Assembly (NCBI GenBank): GCA_001642005.1
Contig: LWCA01000122.1
Coordinates: 1-50,173, forward strand
Source of the DNA: Intoshia linei
Lineage: Eukaryota > Animalia > Orthonectida
Length of the DNA: 50,173 nucleotides
Direction: 5' to 3'
Below the pieces are notes generated by a model. It saw nothing but the letters and a program-made list of their open reading frames with translations. It was not told the origin of the DNA and did no database searches. Position numbers and translations under genes: made by a program. This document shows positions 1 through 13,000 of this stretch, one piece after another; position 1 is the stretch's first letter; every line of letters starts with the position of its first letter.

Positions 1-320
1 CACTCAAATAAATTGTCGAGATTCTCTATAAACTTTAATCCTCTTTTTGTATGATAAGTTACATTAACCACTCGATACTCATTAAATAGTTTTTTGACTT
101 TAAAGTAGATTCTTTGTACGCTGATAATATTTAATCCTGTTTTCACGTATATATCGAATATTTCATTTGCAATGCATCGAAATGGTAGTGATTAGTTATC
201 TTTCTTTAGTTTTAACAACCTTCGAAGCACATTCCTATTTGTAGGAAGTTTATGAGACTTAAATAAGAATCCTATAAATGGTCCAACAATTTTATCTTCA
301 CTTCTTTTTCTTATATCTAT
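1..320 (-). pseudogene. Degenerate N-terminal fragment of a putative DNA-transposon-associated protein, one in-frame stop
   Basis: Minus-strand translation IDIRKRSEDKIVGPFIGFLFKSHKLPTNRNVLRRLLKLKKDN*SLPFRCIANEIFDIYVKTGLNIISVQRIYFKVKKLFNEY...FIENLDNLFE. The LPT..VL.R / A.EI / LDNLF pattern resembles ORF 7715-8107. Confidence 0.45.
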
Positions 321-719
321 AATTATTTATTTACATTATATATTTAAGGTTTCTCATCCGTAAAATTTAATAACAAAACCACACATTAATGACCTATTAT
401 GTTTTTTTATTATAATAAAAAAATACCTTTTCTCAATATATATAACACCTATATATAATAACCTTATAGCATTAGAATCTAATGATTAGATTAACAATTG
501 TTCATGACAAAACTACTAAAAATCCAAAAAAATTAAAATAAAATAAATTGTTTTAAAATAGAGCAAACATATGTTTATTTTTATAAAAGTTTAAATATTA
601 TTTTGAAAAATTAATTAGAGCCTGCAAGTTCATTAGTGTATAAAAATAATTTTTTTCAACGAATTAACACTTTATGTGCATATAAGCATCTAATTATTCC
701 TGAGCGGCATTGAATTTAA

Positions 720-869
720 GATACCATTGACACCCTAGTGGACAGGTATCAAGAAAAAGGAAAGCGGGACATTGGAAGTAGATTGGGACCAAGGCAATGT
801 AAAATTTGTAAAGAATTTGGACATGCAAACAAAGATTGTCCAAACACGAGAAATTCGAGACAATTCTAA
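720..869 (+). mobile_element. Gag-like CCHC zinc-knuckle fragment (retroelement or transposon relic)
   Basis: Open frame DTIDTLVDRYQEKGKRDIGSRLGPRQCKICKEFGHANKDCPNTRNSRQF* contains an exact CX2CX4HX4C at 798-839; no start codon. Confidence 0.55.
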
Positions 870-1206
870 GATGGAGATGTTATAGGTTACCATAACATAT
901 AATAAAAAGTGTAGATCACTTTATGATTTTGTTTATTTGATTGTTTGAAATTTTGAAAAATTAATTTTCACGGTTTAGCTGAACCTTTAAAGATAAATTG
1001 ACTTGCATTACATATAGTATGATTTAAATTTTAAATCAATTACTGTAAACGGGGGGGGTCTATCGCTGGTATAGTATCTACCATAGTAGCAGTAAAACCA
1101 AAAACAAAATTTCCACTTTCCAAACAAATATAGTCAATTTTTATCAACATGTTGAAAATTTCAAAAATTTGTTTGAAAAATGAAATTTGCAGCTATAAGA
1201 AATTAC

Positions 1207-4200
1207 ATCAAAAATATCCATAAATTTAGCCAATTTTTTATATTCTATATTTTTATAATTAGAATACAAAAAATCACAAAAAGATTGATTCAATGTGCAT
1301 TTTAAATTATATTTTTCAAGCAGTCTAAATAAATAAAATGTAAGAAAAAAATTTTTTCGATAACAAAAATAATAAAATACAAAATTCATTAAGATAATGG
1401 TAAATATTATATACTAGTATGTAATAGTAAATATGTAACAATCAAAAATGGGATAGTAAAAAAGAGTTTCATACATTGTTTATACTGTCTATAAAAAAAT
1501 TTTTAAACAAAACTTATTAAATTATAAATACTATTTATTGAAACAAATTTCAGGTTCCAATCAAAACATACTCACAATTATTAAAATATTTACATATACA
1601 TGTAATACAGGACCAGTTTTCATCAATCTGGTTAATAGAACCACAACAATTAAACACCATTGAATTAAATGTATTATATTGTAAATAAACTAAAATAACT
1701 TGATGAGAAAAGGAAAATAAACAAGATATTCTGGACAATTGACACAACCTTCAAGTTCAAAAAAATATTTCGCATTCAACAAAGGTGGTTGATTTGATAG
1801 GGTATCATCAAAGCAAATATTATAAATTTCATTTCCAAAAGATAAAGTATTATTGTTTCTCATTTTTAATCTAAATCATTATATAAGTTAGTAATATGCC
1901 ATGCATCAAGGGTTTGTACTAGTGCTGGCAATCGATACAAGCGTTCGATAATTTTTTTTAAATAAACATTTCATATCAGTTAATTTTGACAAAAATTCTT
2001 TCAAAACAGCATAAATTATTATAGTGTACATCAGAAATGGAAAAGTGTGGCCTTCTGAACAATTTTTGGTAAAATAAGATTTTTCAAAAAAATATTGGTA
2101 AAACGGTTTTTTCCTTAAAGGTTAGTAAAATTAGGTTTTTTATGTTGGTATCAGATAGAAAAATTTTTTCCTTAAGGTTTGGTAAAATTTCGGATTTTTC
2201 TATAAGATTTTACTAAATTGAACAAAATAGGCTAAAAATTTATCATGCAACCCTAATCATCTAAATTTTTCGTATTTACACTTGGGGTGACCAGTCAGAA
2301 GCACTGCTGTATTTGATTACATTTTATTAGAATGTTAGTGCGGCATTCGAACAGTAAATGCTTCCTCACCTCTGCTGTACATTAATGTTAGTTTAGATGT
2401 TTAAATTACGTCTCAGTTCGACTTTAAAATACAACAACAATGATGCAATACAGTGATCGTGTTAAAAAATGTTTTTTGATTCTCAGCTTCAAAATGTAAT
2501 TACTTTGCCCAAGATATTTAGTGAAAATCTGAATCCTTTACTTATACATGTATAAAAATAAATGTCTGTCTGTGTAACCATTTATTGAAAAAGTTGACAG
2601 TTACAGGATTTAAAAAATCCAATTTTTCCATTAACGTGTTTTTATCAATTATTCAGATTCAGAATTTGAGTCTTTATATAATTAAATATTTATTTTTTTA
2701 AGATGAATTAATAAATAATTATTATTTGTAAACGTATATATTCTGGTTATCAATTTCAATGTAAAAATAATTTATGACGTATAATTATAATTGTCAGTAG
2801 TTAAGTCACAGAAGCTGAAATAAAGAAAGTTACAGGTTCAATGGATAGCATATTGATCAAATCATTTGAGAAACATGATAGTCACAGCAATTAAAAATAT
2901 TTTTTATGTCGTGCATTTATCGCGTCAGTATTTTTCTTATTGATTTGTTAGTAGAAACATTAATTTTTCAGTATTGTAGATGGTTTGTCAGTATTTTAGG
3001 TGCCATTTGACAAGGTGTCAGTATTTAAATTAAATCTACTTTAAATATACTGTCAGTATTTAAATTAAATGTTCTGTATAAAATGAAACTAATATAAATT
3101 ATTTTGTAAAATATATGGAAATAATAAATTGTTCTCATAAAAAAATATTCTCTGGTGTGAACACCATAGAATATTTCTAATTTTTCTGTAATATGGTATC
3201 TTAATATTTCAGTTTTAACTTGGGTCTGTAGTGGATGATATAATATTTGAAAAACTTAATATTTAATTTTTATACTGACAAAATATTATTTTATATATGT
3301 TTATTTCTATATACTTTTTTGTTGAGTTACTTACAATTTTCGATGAATACTGATCTAGTTAATATATTTACTGACACAAATGCAATTATATACTGACAAG
3401 AAAGCAATTAAAAACTAACATATATGTAATTGAATACTGAAAAAATACTTTTGATTACTGATATTTTAGTGTGTATACTGACAATTTTGTTAAAAATACA
3501 GAAAATTTAATATTAAAAAATGTCAGTATTTTAATTAAATACTGACAAATTAATTACTCCCCATTTTTTATCAATTAAAATTAAAAAAAAATCACTTTTA
3601 ATAAATGTTCTAATAACTGTGTACAGTACTGTATAACTCGATTTTTATTAATTGCATAAGGTAAGTAATGATTTATTTAGTTTCAAAAAATTACAGTACA
3701 AATATTTACTAAGATGCTTTTCTCATTTCACTCAATTGTAAGTACTCAAATCATTTATAAAATATATTAATGATATAAATTAGTTATGTTCTAATAAATG
3801 TGAACACAGTGTAGTTTAAAATAAAAATATTGACACAATTTGGTTAGCATTGGGTATTGTTCCAATGAAATAACCACCCGGTTTAATTTTACTGCAAGCA
3901 TTTTCTAAAGCACAATTTAGAGTTTCCATTTCTCCGAAAAAGTAATGCAATGCAAATTGACAACTCACAACATCATAAGTAACATTTGAAAGATTTTTGT
4001 AGATATTCTAATAATACATATAAACATTTTTTAATAGAAACCTCTTTTCCAACATCAGCAACAATAAAACTTGCTTTAAACTTGGGTAAAGAACAAATTT
4101 GCTGTTTAGTATTATTGTACCGTTGTCGGCATTCATCAATAGATTTTTTAGAAAAATCTAAAAATTATAATTCATAAATATAAAAAATCATCAAGAATTG

Positions 4201-4616
4201 TTACATAAAGTTTACAATGGGCATCATTTTCTTAGCCACCCTTGGAAAAAATTATGTTGTCATTATTTAAAAATGTAGAATACTATAAAATCTACAAAGC
4301 ACTGCATCTTTCAATGCTAATGTATGCACTTACCAACAAAATGAACATCTTCTGCCCCAAATTTAATCCATTTTCTGATATCACCGCCTTTACCGCAACA
4401 TAAATCTAGTACAATTTTCCCACCATCATTTTTTTTTATGGAATCTAAATATTTATTGTTACATTTTTTGGAAAGAATTAACATACCAATCAATACCGAC
4501 TTTACCCAGTTGTTAAATTTTCTTAAATGAATAATTCTACTTTCATTGCGATGATTGAGGTCATCTGTCTTCACATTTTCATCGTAAAATTTTTGAACGC
4601 TTCTACCAAGTTGCAT
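1207..4616 (-). CDS. RNMT: mRNA cap guanine-N7 methyltransferase, partial (final exon(s) not found in the window)
   Basis: Exons 4616-4487, 4444-4334, 4157-4042, 4007-3835, 1870-1700 and 1324-1207 join in frame across GT-AG introns. Motifs: [69 protein letters not shown]. Confidence 0.93.
2060..2215 (-). repeat. Fragment of the ~30-bp subterminal repeat family also seen at 43163-44078
   Basis: Recurring TTTTTCCTTAA(A)GGTT(A/T)GGTAAAA units match the reverse complement of the TTTTACCAACCTTTAAGGGAAAAA units at 43220-43660. Confidence 0.6.
2780..3562. mobile_element. Foldback-type element with periodic inverted GTCAGTA/TACTGAC motifs, inside an RNMT intron
   Basis: GTCAGTA-like motifs at about 2793, 2924, 2947, 2967, 2987, 3017 and 3052; reverse-complement TACTGA-like motifs at 3348, 3369, 3391, 3413, 3435, 3456, 3476 and 3497; degenerate terminal inverted repeats. 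Confidence 0.55.
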
Positions 4617-4982
4617 TATAATAATTTCAACTTTATTAGTTTGTAGTTAACTACAATTAATTTCACAATTTCAGTCTATTATTCGTAAATTGTGATTTTA
4701 GTTTAGTACAATTGTATTTTTTAATTTTTTGAAGTCATTTCTAAGATTAATATTACATTACTGTCGGTTAATGCGATTCAAATTTTTTTTTAATTGTATA
4801 TGCATAAAATAGTTGGCAATTCACTAAAAATTTGAAAACAACAGTTCCTTTCTCTACAAATATCTTTAGATAAACTTTATCATACAGTGATGAAATGACC
4901 AGCATTTAACAGAGTGTAAATTGAAATTAAATCAAAAACCAAATTTTACTTTTTACAATTTAATTTTACTAGTAAATATACA

Positions 4983-6301
4983 TTAATCTTCATTTGCTTG
5001 TTGCAAAAAATTTTCTTGAAATAATTCCCAAAGAGGATTTTTATCTTGCTAAATAAAATAAAAATATTTAAAAATAAGAAAATATTGATACAATTTTAGA
5101 AAAATGGCATTTGTACAATATCAATTATTTCCCGCTGTACTTGTAATGTTTTTGTATAATGATTTACTTTATAAAAAATTTTTTTAAAAAATAATTTTAT
5201 GTTAAGACCAACATTAATTCAATTACCTTGATAGCCAATATACTAGTATATAATCATGATAATAAAAAAACTTACATCTTGATTCGTTGACGATTTTTCA
5301 ATGGCATTACCACATTTCTTTAAATTTTTTTTAAATTTTTTATTGTTGATTTTCGTTTCAACAACATGTTGATGTTTTTCAACAGCATTGAAGAGTTTTA
5401 AAACACCTCTAAATTTAAATTAATGTTAAATAAAATACAATAATTTCTATGTAAACCCTTTCAGTAGATTTTAAAACATTTAAGGTGAATTACAGTACAA
5501 TGAAACAAACAATATGAAATAAAAATAATCATATAATGATGCAATTTTATTCAATTTTCATGATGAGGCTCATGATTTTAAAAACGTTTCTAGAATTTGT
5601 GTTTTTTAAAATTCTAAGACTCTTTTCCATTTAAAAAAGGGTAACTTCGGGTTTAGGTATGTTTACATAGTCTATATATACAGTCAGACCCATTTTTAGA
5701 AACTTTTACTTTATATAAGTTAGGATTGTGTATAAATATTTACGTATACAAAATTATCTGTCTACTCTGCTAAAGTTGGAAAAATACACAATTTGACGAA
5801 ATATAGACGTAAACGTGGAAACTACATAAAACTATTGCTTCCCCTGTGAATAAAATATGTTCCAAAAAAAGAATTGGCGAGGTAGAAAACTGGGAGTGAT
5901 AATAAAATGTTGATATTTATATAATAAAGAAAAAAGCATGTGGCGAGGTACTGAATCGCGACTTATAGAAAAAAACAAGAAGATAATCATAGTTTTAGTT
6001 AAGTTACTTTCCAACGAATTTTGTTTTTATTAATAAGTAATTTTAAGTGTATTTTTTATTAAAATTTATGTAATGTGAATTTTGTCTAACGTTTTACAAT
6101 AAAAAATTCACTTTTCATGGTGTTAAAACCAAATAAAAATTATACTAATTACTTTGTAGCAATTTTCAAATGAGTGATATCTACATCGGAATAACCTCGA
6201 CCCTTTGGTTTTGTGTATCCAATTTTAGATCTATCATTCTAAATTATTTAATAAGAATCTTTGAATTGTATTACCAATTCTTTCGATGATTTTTTTTTCA
6301 T
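4983..6301 (-). CDS. RRP15: RRP15-like ribosome biogenesis protein, about 103 aa, four exons (absent from the ORF track)
   Basis: Exons 6301-6275, 6238-6153, 5408-5276 and 5048-4983 splice to MKKKSSKELNDRSKIGYTKPKGRGYSDVDITHLKIATKGVLKLFNAVEKHQ...KNPLWNYFKKNFLQQANED*. LKIATKGVLKLFNAVEKHQ matches the Rrp15 signature IATRGVVQLFNAV. Confidence 0.85.
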
Positions 6302-6499
6302 TTATATTTATTACTAAACCTCCTTCAAATAAATTTCAAGTTTATACTGATATATAGTCCTGGCAATTATAATTTTAAAGTTGGTAAAGTTATATTCAAT
6401 GTTAACCAAGTTTGTTAAGATTAAAGATGCGTGTATAAAGAAGTGTTTTTGTTTGTAACAATCAGATATACAGGTTATTCTCAATATTTTGAAAGAATG

Positions 6500-6700
6500 T
6501 CAAATTTTTCGCGATTATTTGATTATGTGAACTTCATTTTTCAAGTGTACATTAGGGTGATCACTATAATCAAAGATCAAAAGGCATTTTTCACCATCAG
6601 GATTATTGGTGATGGTGATCATTTCCTGAAAAAATTATTCAAATTGGTTGAGTTTGGACCCGGCTACTCAACATCGAAATTTTTCTCTAAAAAGTTTACA
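6500..6700 (-). pseudogene. Possible pogo/Tigger DDE transposase relic
   Basis: Minus-strand EKCLLIFDYSDHPNVHLKN resembles the LLILDN.S.H..V.LKN motif of DDE_1 transposases; stops on both sides. Confidence 0.3.
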
Positions 6701-7714
6701 TTAAACTTTATTTTTCTAGTAAAATGTTATAAAAATTTGTAACAAATATAAAATTAATGCATATAATTTAAAATTAGTATTATTTGAATCCAAAACTGCA
6801 ATTTGGATTCATCACACCTTTAATAAAATTTTCAAATAAAATACGAAAAATATGCGTAATGTGTGGTTTTCCATTTACAAGTTAATTTTGGGGAAATGTG
6901 GCTCAGTTAAAAAAAGGCTGGGAACTTTGCTATATATACTCACAAAAACCATGCGGATTTCTTATCATTTTGTGAATTATTGTCACTATTTCCAAGTATG
7001 TTCCAATTGAAACGTATTTGTTTTTTATTTAAATCATTATTTTATTATAATTTACATGTTAAATGAAAATAATGATACAATTGAAATTTAATTAAAGAAA
7101 ATAATTATAATATATTATATAATGTACCAACTATGTACTTTTTTGCTTGAATTTACGTTCTTATTACATTGAATAAAATTTAGTTTGCATTTTTGTGTAT
7201 GTTGAATGTATTAGTTTATACCGTAATGACCTTAAAATCATCATTTTAATTTAAAAATGTTTACAGGTACATTTTAATGTTAATAGAATTTTTGCAAATC
7301 GGTTTCTAATGAGGGCAAACCGCTGGTACTATTTGACAATTTAAAATTGATAACATTAATTTACACCAGGGATTCTAAACATCGGCGATATCGCCCATTT
7401 TTTAATAGTGGGGGGGGGTGGTCGCGATTTATTTTAAAAGTAAACTTATTTTCAAATTGGTATTATAATTTTCTTATTAACTTATTATACATATATATTA
7501 GAATGTGCACATTTTTAAAGAACAAAAAGTATATTTGCATATAGGTGTGTTGTTGTGTGCTGATCACGAATATGCAAAAATTAATACGTTTAATTTAAAA
7601 TTTCTCCGCCTATTTTTTAAAACGTTTATGATATTTATTATTTTAGAAATTTGAACTGTAGTTTATTACTTATTAATTTACCGTATAATAAATAATTATT
7701 TAAAATTTTTAAAT

Positions 7715-8107
7715 ATGTCAAAACCCAACAATCTATTATCTAAAAATAGTTTGATATGGATACGTCCATATGGAGTAGTTATCAGTGAATCTTTAAAGAA
7801 TTTGTCAAGATTGCCAACTGTAAATAAAATTATTGGAAGATACTATTATTTACAAGTAGAAGCTAATAAAAAATGTAAATCCTATTACCGTAATAAACAT
7901 GCTGAAGAAATACTTTATTTACGGATAAAATTTACACTGGGACCAATTTCATTTGGATTGGTAAAATTAAAAATTCGCCATTTAATTAAAAAATATGCAC
8001 TTTATGTAAAAAATCCAAACTATCATCCAAAATTCAAACAAGAATGGAATGAAATATTCATGATAGGAGATATTCTTGACGAATATATGGATTATCCAAC
8101 TTATTAA
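7715..8107 (+). CDS. Uncharacterised 130-aa ORF, probably the N-terminus of a DNA-transposon protein truncated by a Gypsy fragment
   Basis: ATG-initiated ORF with LPTVNKIIGRYY...AEEI...ISFGLVKLKIRHLIKKY, similar to the fragment at 1-320. The last ~9 codons are the antisense of Gypsy KLDNPYI. A CAGGGATTCTAAAC TIR-like sequence lies upstream at about 7367. Confidence 0.4.
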   Translation: MSKPNNLLSKNSLIWIRPYGVVISESLKNLSRLPTVNKIIGRYYYLQVEANKKCKSYYRNKHAEEILYLRIKFTLGPISFGLVKLKIRHLIKKYALYVKNPNYHPKFKQEWNEIFMIGDILDEYMDYPTY

Positions 8108-9080
8108 CCCTCCAATAATTTATACCAAAATTTTATATCATGATACAAAACCGATTTGGGGACAGTTTTATCGTAATTGCGTTTAGTACGCTTCATATAT
8201 GGAACCCAATTTTTCCTAGCTTTTTGAACAGAAATTGAACGGGTTTCATCTGCTGAACCTATATTAACAGGAGTCGGTAGTACTGATAAGGTAAACTCTC
8301 CTCCTAACAAAATAGATGCAGGGGATACACCAGTGGCTTGACTTACTGTGGTTCTAAGTAAAAAGACATCGGAAGCGACAGATTTTTTGAATAATTTAAA
8401 CGCCTTTTCAGAATCGTTGTTCCATTCAAATCGTACGCCTTTCCGCAGAAATTTTCTTAAAGGCTCAGAGATATAGGCAAAATCGGGGATGAAACGTCGA
8501 TAAAAACCAACCATATCTAAAAACGTTCGAACCTTCGATAAAGACGAAGGCGTTTTCATCTCAGTAATTGCATCGACTTTTTCACCTTCTGTTTTCAACC
8601 CTTCAGATGATATATGATATCCCAAAAATACCAAATTGACATTTACTCGGTTTGACTATCAAACCTTCGAGCCGCAGAATTTCAAAAACAGTCTATAAAT
8701 GCGAAATATGATCCGACTCAGAATCAGAAGCAACAAGAATCTCATCCATGTATACATATACGAATGGCGTTGAACGCATTAAACGCTGACAATATGCCGG
8801 ACCGTTTTTCAGACCTTGGGGTAAGCGTTTGAATCGATAAGAATCCTGACCAAAGCCGATGGAAAACGCAGTTTTATTTCTGTACGATTCTTTCAAGGGT
8901 AATTGAAAGAATCCAGAGGTTAAATCCATGCAAGTGAAATATTTTTTTCCCGAAAATGCAGATAGCAGATCATCTGACCTAGTACTAGGATAGGAATCCG
9001 TTACGTTTAATTTATTTATTCCTTCTTTATACTGAACTTCTTTGAACAGCAGACTAGCAGATGTGCACAGTAACATACGT
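8080..9080 (-). mobile_element. Ty3/Gypsy pol relic: RT and connection domain fused by deletion to the integrase C-terminus
   Basis: DLTSGFFQL, RLPQGLKNGPA, YVYMDEIL (YxDD decayed), FLGYHIS, FLDMVGFYRRFIPDFA and FEWN, then directly TGVSPASILLG and KLDNPYI; several frameshifts. Confidence 0.9.
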
Positions 9081-10009
9081 TACTGGAACTACAATGTGTT
9101 TCAATCCATAAATTGTTGTTTCTGTTTTTTTATCATTACAATGTAGTTTCTTATTTTCAAGTTTAGAATCAAATGCAGTATAACTTTATTAATATCATTG
9201 AGAATCTCAATAAATCTCAAATTGAGATTTATTTCAATGTTGCAAACATTCACCCATAATGTTTTTGTAAGTATATATATTATAATGTGCTTGTAGCGAT
9301 TATATTACTATGGGAAAATCAATTGGAAGAAAGAGCACTTCGATCCTATTTTTAAATAAATAATGGTTTATTAATATAATTATGAATAATAAAATTGGTT
9401 GATTATACTTAATTATTCTAATAAAAATAATTAAATTGATTATATAAGTTGTCTATGGTTACATGTTTCCTATTTCGAAGTCTATTTTTGCCAAAATACA
9501 AATGCAACATTGGCGAACTAGAGAATACAGTACACTTAGAGATAATTGTCCTACTGTAGAAAATATTGAATTATAGAATAATTAAAAAGGTTGTACATCT
9601 TTGTGTACAAAAGATAAGATCAGTAAAAAATCATTGAAATCGCAAATACTATATATAACTAGATGGTATTTGAATTAAAAAATCTGTAAAATTTCATCTT
9701 ACCATAGGTACATTAACTGTATTACTAACCTCCATTAACATGGCATGTAATCTCTTAATTTGTAAAATTGATGCAAATTAATAAAGTTAAGGGATAGCGT
9801 ATCGTTGCAACTATATGTATTTATTTAGATTATATTTATACAGTGAAAATTACAAAATCAAATGAATAAATATGAATTTCACAAAATAAAGTGGGCAATA
9901 CTATAAACAAACAACTTTATTACAAAAGTCAATTGGCTTGTGTACCTTTAAAATATATATAAACTGCAAAAATTGATAAATACTTGTAATGTTACTAATA
10001 TAATTTCAC

Positions 10010-13000
10010 ATGCCTAGTTCGACAATAGAAGATTCAAAATCATTGACAACAACAGATGAAAGAATTAACGATTTAATTGATAATTTGTTGGATCCAAACG
10101 GGGATTACAATGTAAACATGCTATTGGACATGATTGAGTGTGTGACACGAGATTGTACATATTTAACAGTAAAACAAAATCGTAATGTGGCAATTTTTGT
10201 GGATAAATTTGAGAAATGGGCTCATTACGTTCAATTTATTCGTCCAAAATTGAGTGATTTCATGAAATTGATAGTAATTGGCCGTGGTGCGTACGGAGAA
10301 GTTAGACTGATTAGACACAAGGAAACTAAAAAAATATACGCCATGAAAATTATGCGCAAATACGATGCGATACGTCGACCGGACGCGTCGTCTTTCTGGG
10401 CTGAGAGGAATGTAATGGTTAAATCAAAGAGTGAATGGATCGTTGAAGCTGATTATACCTTTCAGGATGTGCGTTATTTGTATATTGTTATGGAGTACAT
10501 GCCGGGTGGTGACATTGTAAAATTAATGAATGAAGTGGAATTTACAGAGGATATGGTTAGATTTTATATAGCTGAGCTTATTTTGGCGATAGACGTTGTA
10601 CACCAATTGGGATATGTTCATCGGGATATTAAACCTGACAATATTTTGATTTCTCGAAATGGTCATATAAAACTTACCGATTTTGGCACATGTGCTAGAA
10701 TGGATACTGACGGGTTTGTTAAAAATTCCACGGCTGTCGGTACTCCAGATTACATTTCACCTGAAGTATTAGCGTGTCTCAGTGATAACAACAGTACTTA
10801 TGGCATAGAGGCAGATTTTTGGTCTGTCGGCATAACTACATATGAATTTGTTTATGATGATACACCCTTTTATGATGAATCTTTATCAAAAACATATGCT
10901 CGCATTCAAAATCACGAAAAATACTTGACATTTCCAGATGACTACGAAATATCCACTAATTTAAAAAATTTTATTTCATCTCTCATTACCACCCGCGAAA
11001 AACGCCTAGGTCGAGATGGTTCATCTCAACTTAAAGCTCATCCATTTTTCATTAATGACAAATGGACGTGGAACAACATTCGACAAGCTAAACCTCCATT
11101 TATACCAAATTTAAATTCTGATGATGATACAAGCAATATCAATTTAGCGTCTTTAGCAGACGACGCATCGTCGAAAGAAACTTTTCCAACGCCCAAAACG
11201 TTTGCGGCCTATCATTTGCCTTTTGTAGGTTTTACGTATAACAAATTAATTAACCTTAAAAAATCCAAAGAAGACGAATCTACAAATATCCATTCATCTG
11301 TTCAGGTTCGAAAAATTAAAAGTTTAGAAGAACAACTGAAAACTGAAAAATTACTCAATCAAACCATGGTTCGTCAAGTGCGTCAATTGGAAGATGGAAT
11401 GAAACGCGTGAAAAACGACGAAGCGGATTTGAAATCGTTTCGTCAAAAATCTCAAGAAAAAATGGAAACATTGCGCTCCAATCTGAGAGACGTGACATCA
11501 AAGTTAAAATACCTGGAAGACGAAAAAACTGAAATGTTTCTTAAACTTACCAATAAAAGCATGATGTTTGATGTAGAAAAGCAAAAACGACAAGAATTGC
11601 TTATGGAAGCTCAAGACTATAAAAATAAACTAAAGACTGCTCAATCAAAACTAGACGAAGTTGAAGGTCGGTTCATTGCCGAAAATGAACTCTACACTAA
11701 AACAAAACGGTTATACGTTGAATTACAAGGTGTCTACGATAAATTGAAAGAAGAATACACTGAGATTCAAGCTAAACTTGAAGGGACAATACTTTCTTTA
11801 GAAAAATATAAAAACGTTTCTACCCCTGGATCCGGGTTAAGTGAAGATCGTTTGAAAAAAATGCAAGATCAATTGAAGGAATCTCTTAAAAACGAAAAAA
11901 ATTTAAAAAATAATATACTTCAATTGAAAGACACTGTAGAAATTGTTGAAATGGAAAAAAAAAATCTCGAAAAATTGGTAAATGAAATTGAACGAGATAC
12001 GGCTAGAAAATCCAAAATTTGCGATTTATCTGAAAATGATGAAATTTCCATGCTTAAAGTTGAAGTTTCTGAATTGGAATCCAATAGTGTCTATTTGAAA
12101 CGAAAAATTTCGGAATACGAAATTAAATTGGAAGAAGCTTTAAATTCAAATAAAAGGCAAAATGATGAAATGGAATCTTTATTGGAATCTAAAAATGCTT
12201 CGGAAGAATTAATCAAAACTCTCGAGAAACGTGTTTCTTTAGCCAATGTACAAGAAATTAATGAAACTGCTTCAATTTTGGTCAAAAATTTGAAATCTGA
12301 TTTATCTAGTAAAAAAAAGGAAATATTTAAATACCAGTCTTCCAATAACGAACTTAGTGATCAACTTGATTCGTATAGTTGTTTTATGTCGCTTTATAAA
12401 ATTCAAATTAAGGACCTTAAGAATGAGATTGAATACAAATCTAACCAAATTAACAAAGTTCAATTAAATCTTTCAGAATCTCAAGAAGTTGTTCAAGAAT
12501 TGAAACAAGAGAAAAATATGAATATGGTGAAATTAGATCAAGAGTGCTCGGCTAGGAAGGCTGCAGATTTGGCTCTTTGTAATGTTGAGCTGGAAAAGAA
12601 ACAATTGGAGGAACACTTAAATATTTCTAAAAAAAGGTATGAGGATGAAATTGAAGCCAAAGAATGTACTATTACCAAACTGGAGGACCAATACAATTTG
12701 GCTAGTAAGAAGGTGGATTCTGTTCATGTTAATAGGGACTATCTTAAGGATCAATTAGATCTCAAATTGAGTGATATTGAGAGATTGACAAAGTTGAATG
12801 AAACTCTTGATAGGGATGCCATTTATTTCAATGAACAAAGGGAAATGGAAAGGCAGAGCAAATTACAAGTTTTTTTTGTTTTTTTAGTTTAAAGTCCGTT
12901 TTAGGCTATCGCTAAACTTAGCGAAGTCATGTCTCAAATTGTTGGAAAACATGGGAATAAGGTTCCAGCAGAAAAACTTAAAAGAAAGGAAAGGGAATTA

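Noticed and set aside
3340-3510. Short repeat with variable spacers resembling a CRISPR array
   Set aside because: The repeat is only 6-7 bp, the context is a eukaryotic intron, there are no cas genes, and a mirrored arm points to a foldback element.
6431-6742. 103-aa plus-strand ORF
   Set aside because: Non-ATG start and no recognisable motif; the opposite strand looks more like a transposase relic.
12091-12345. Antisense ORFs from the track (also 3986-4177, 15920-16138, 19718-19903, 23418-23603, 28946-29221, 40837-41226, 42660-42854)
   Set aside because: They are shadows of real exons on the opposite strand and show no motifs.
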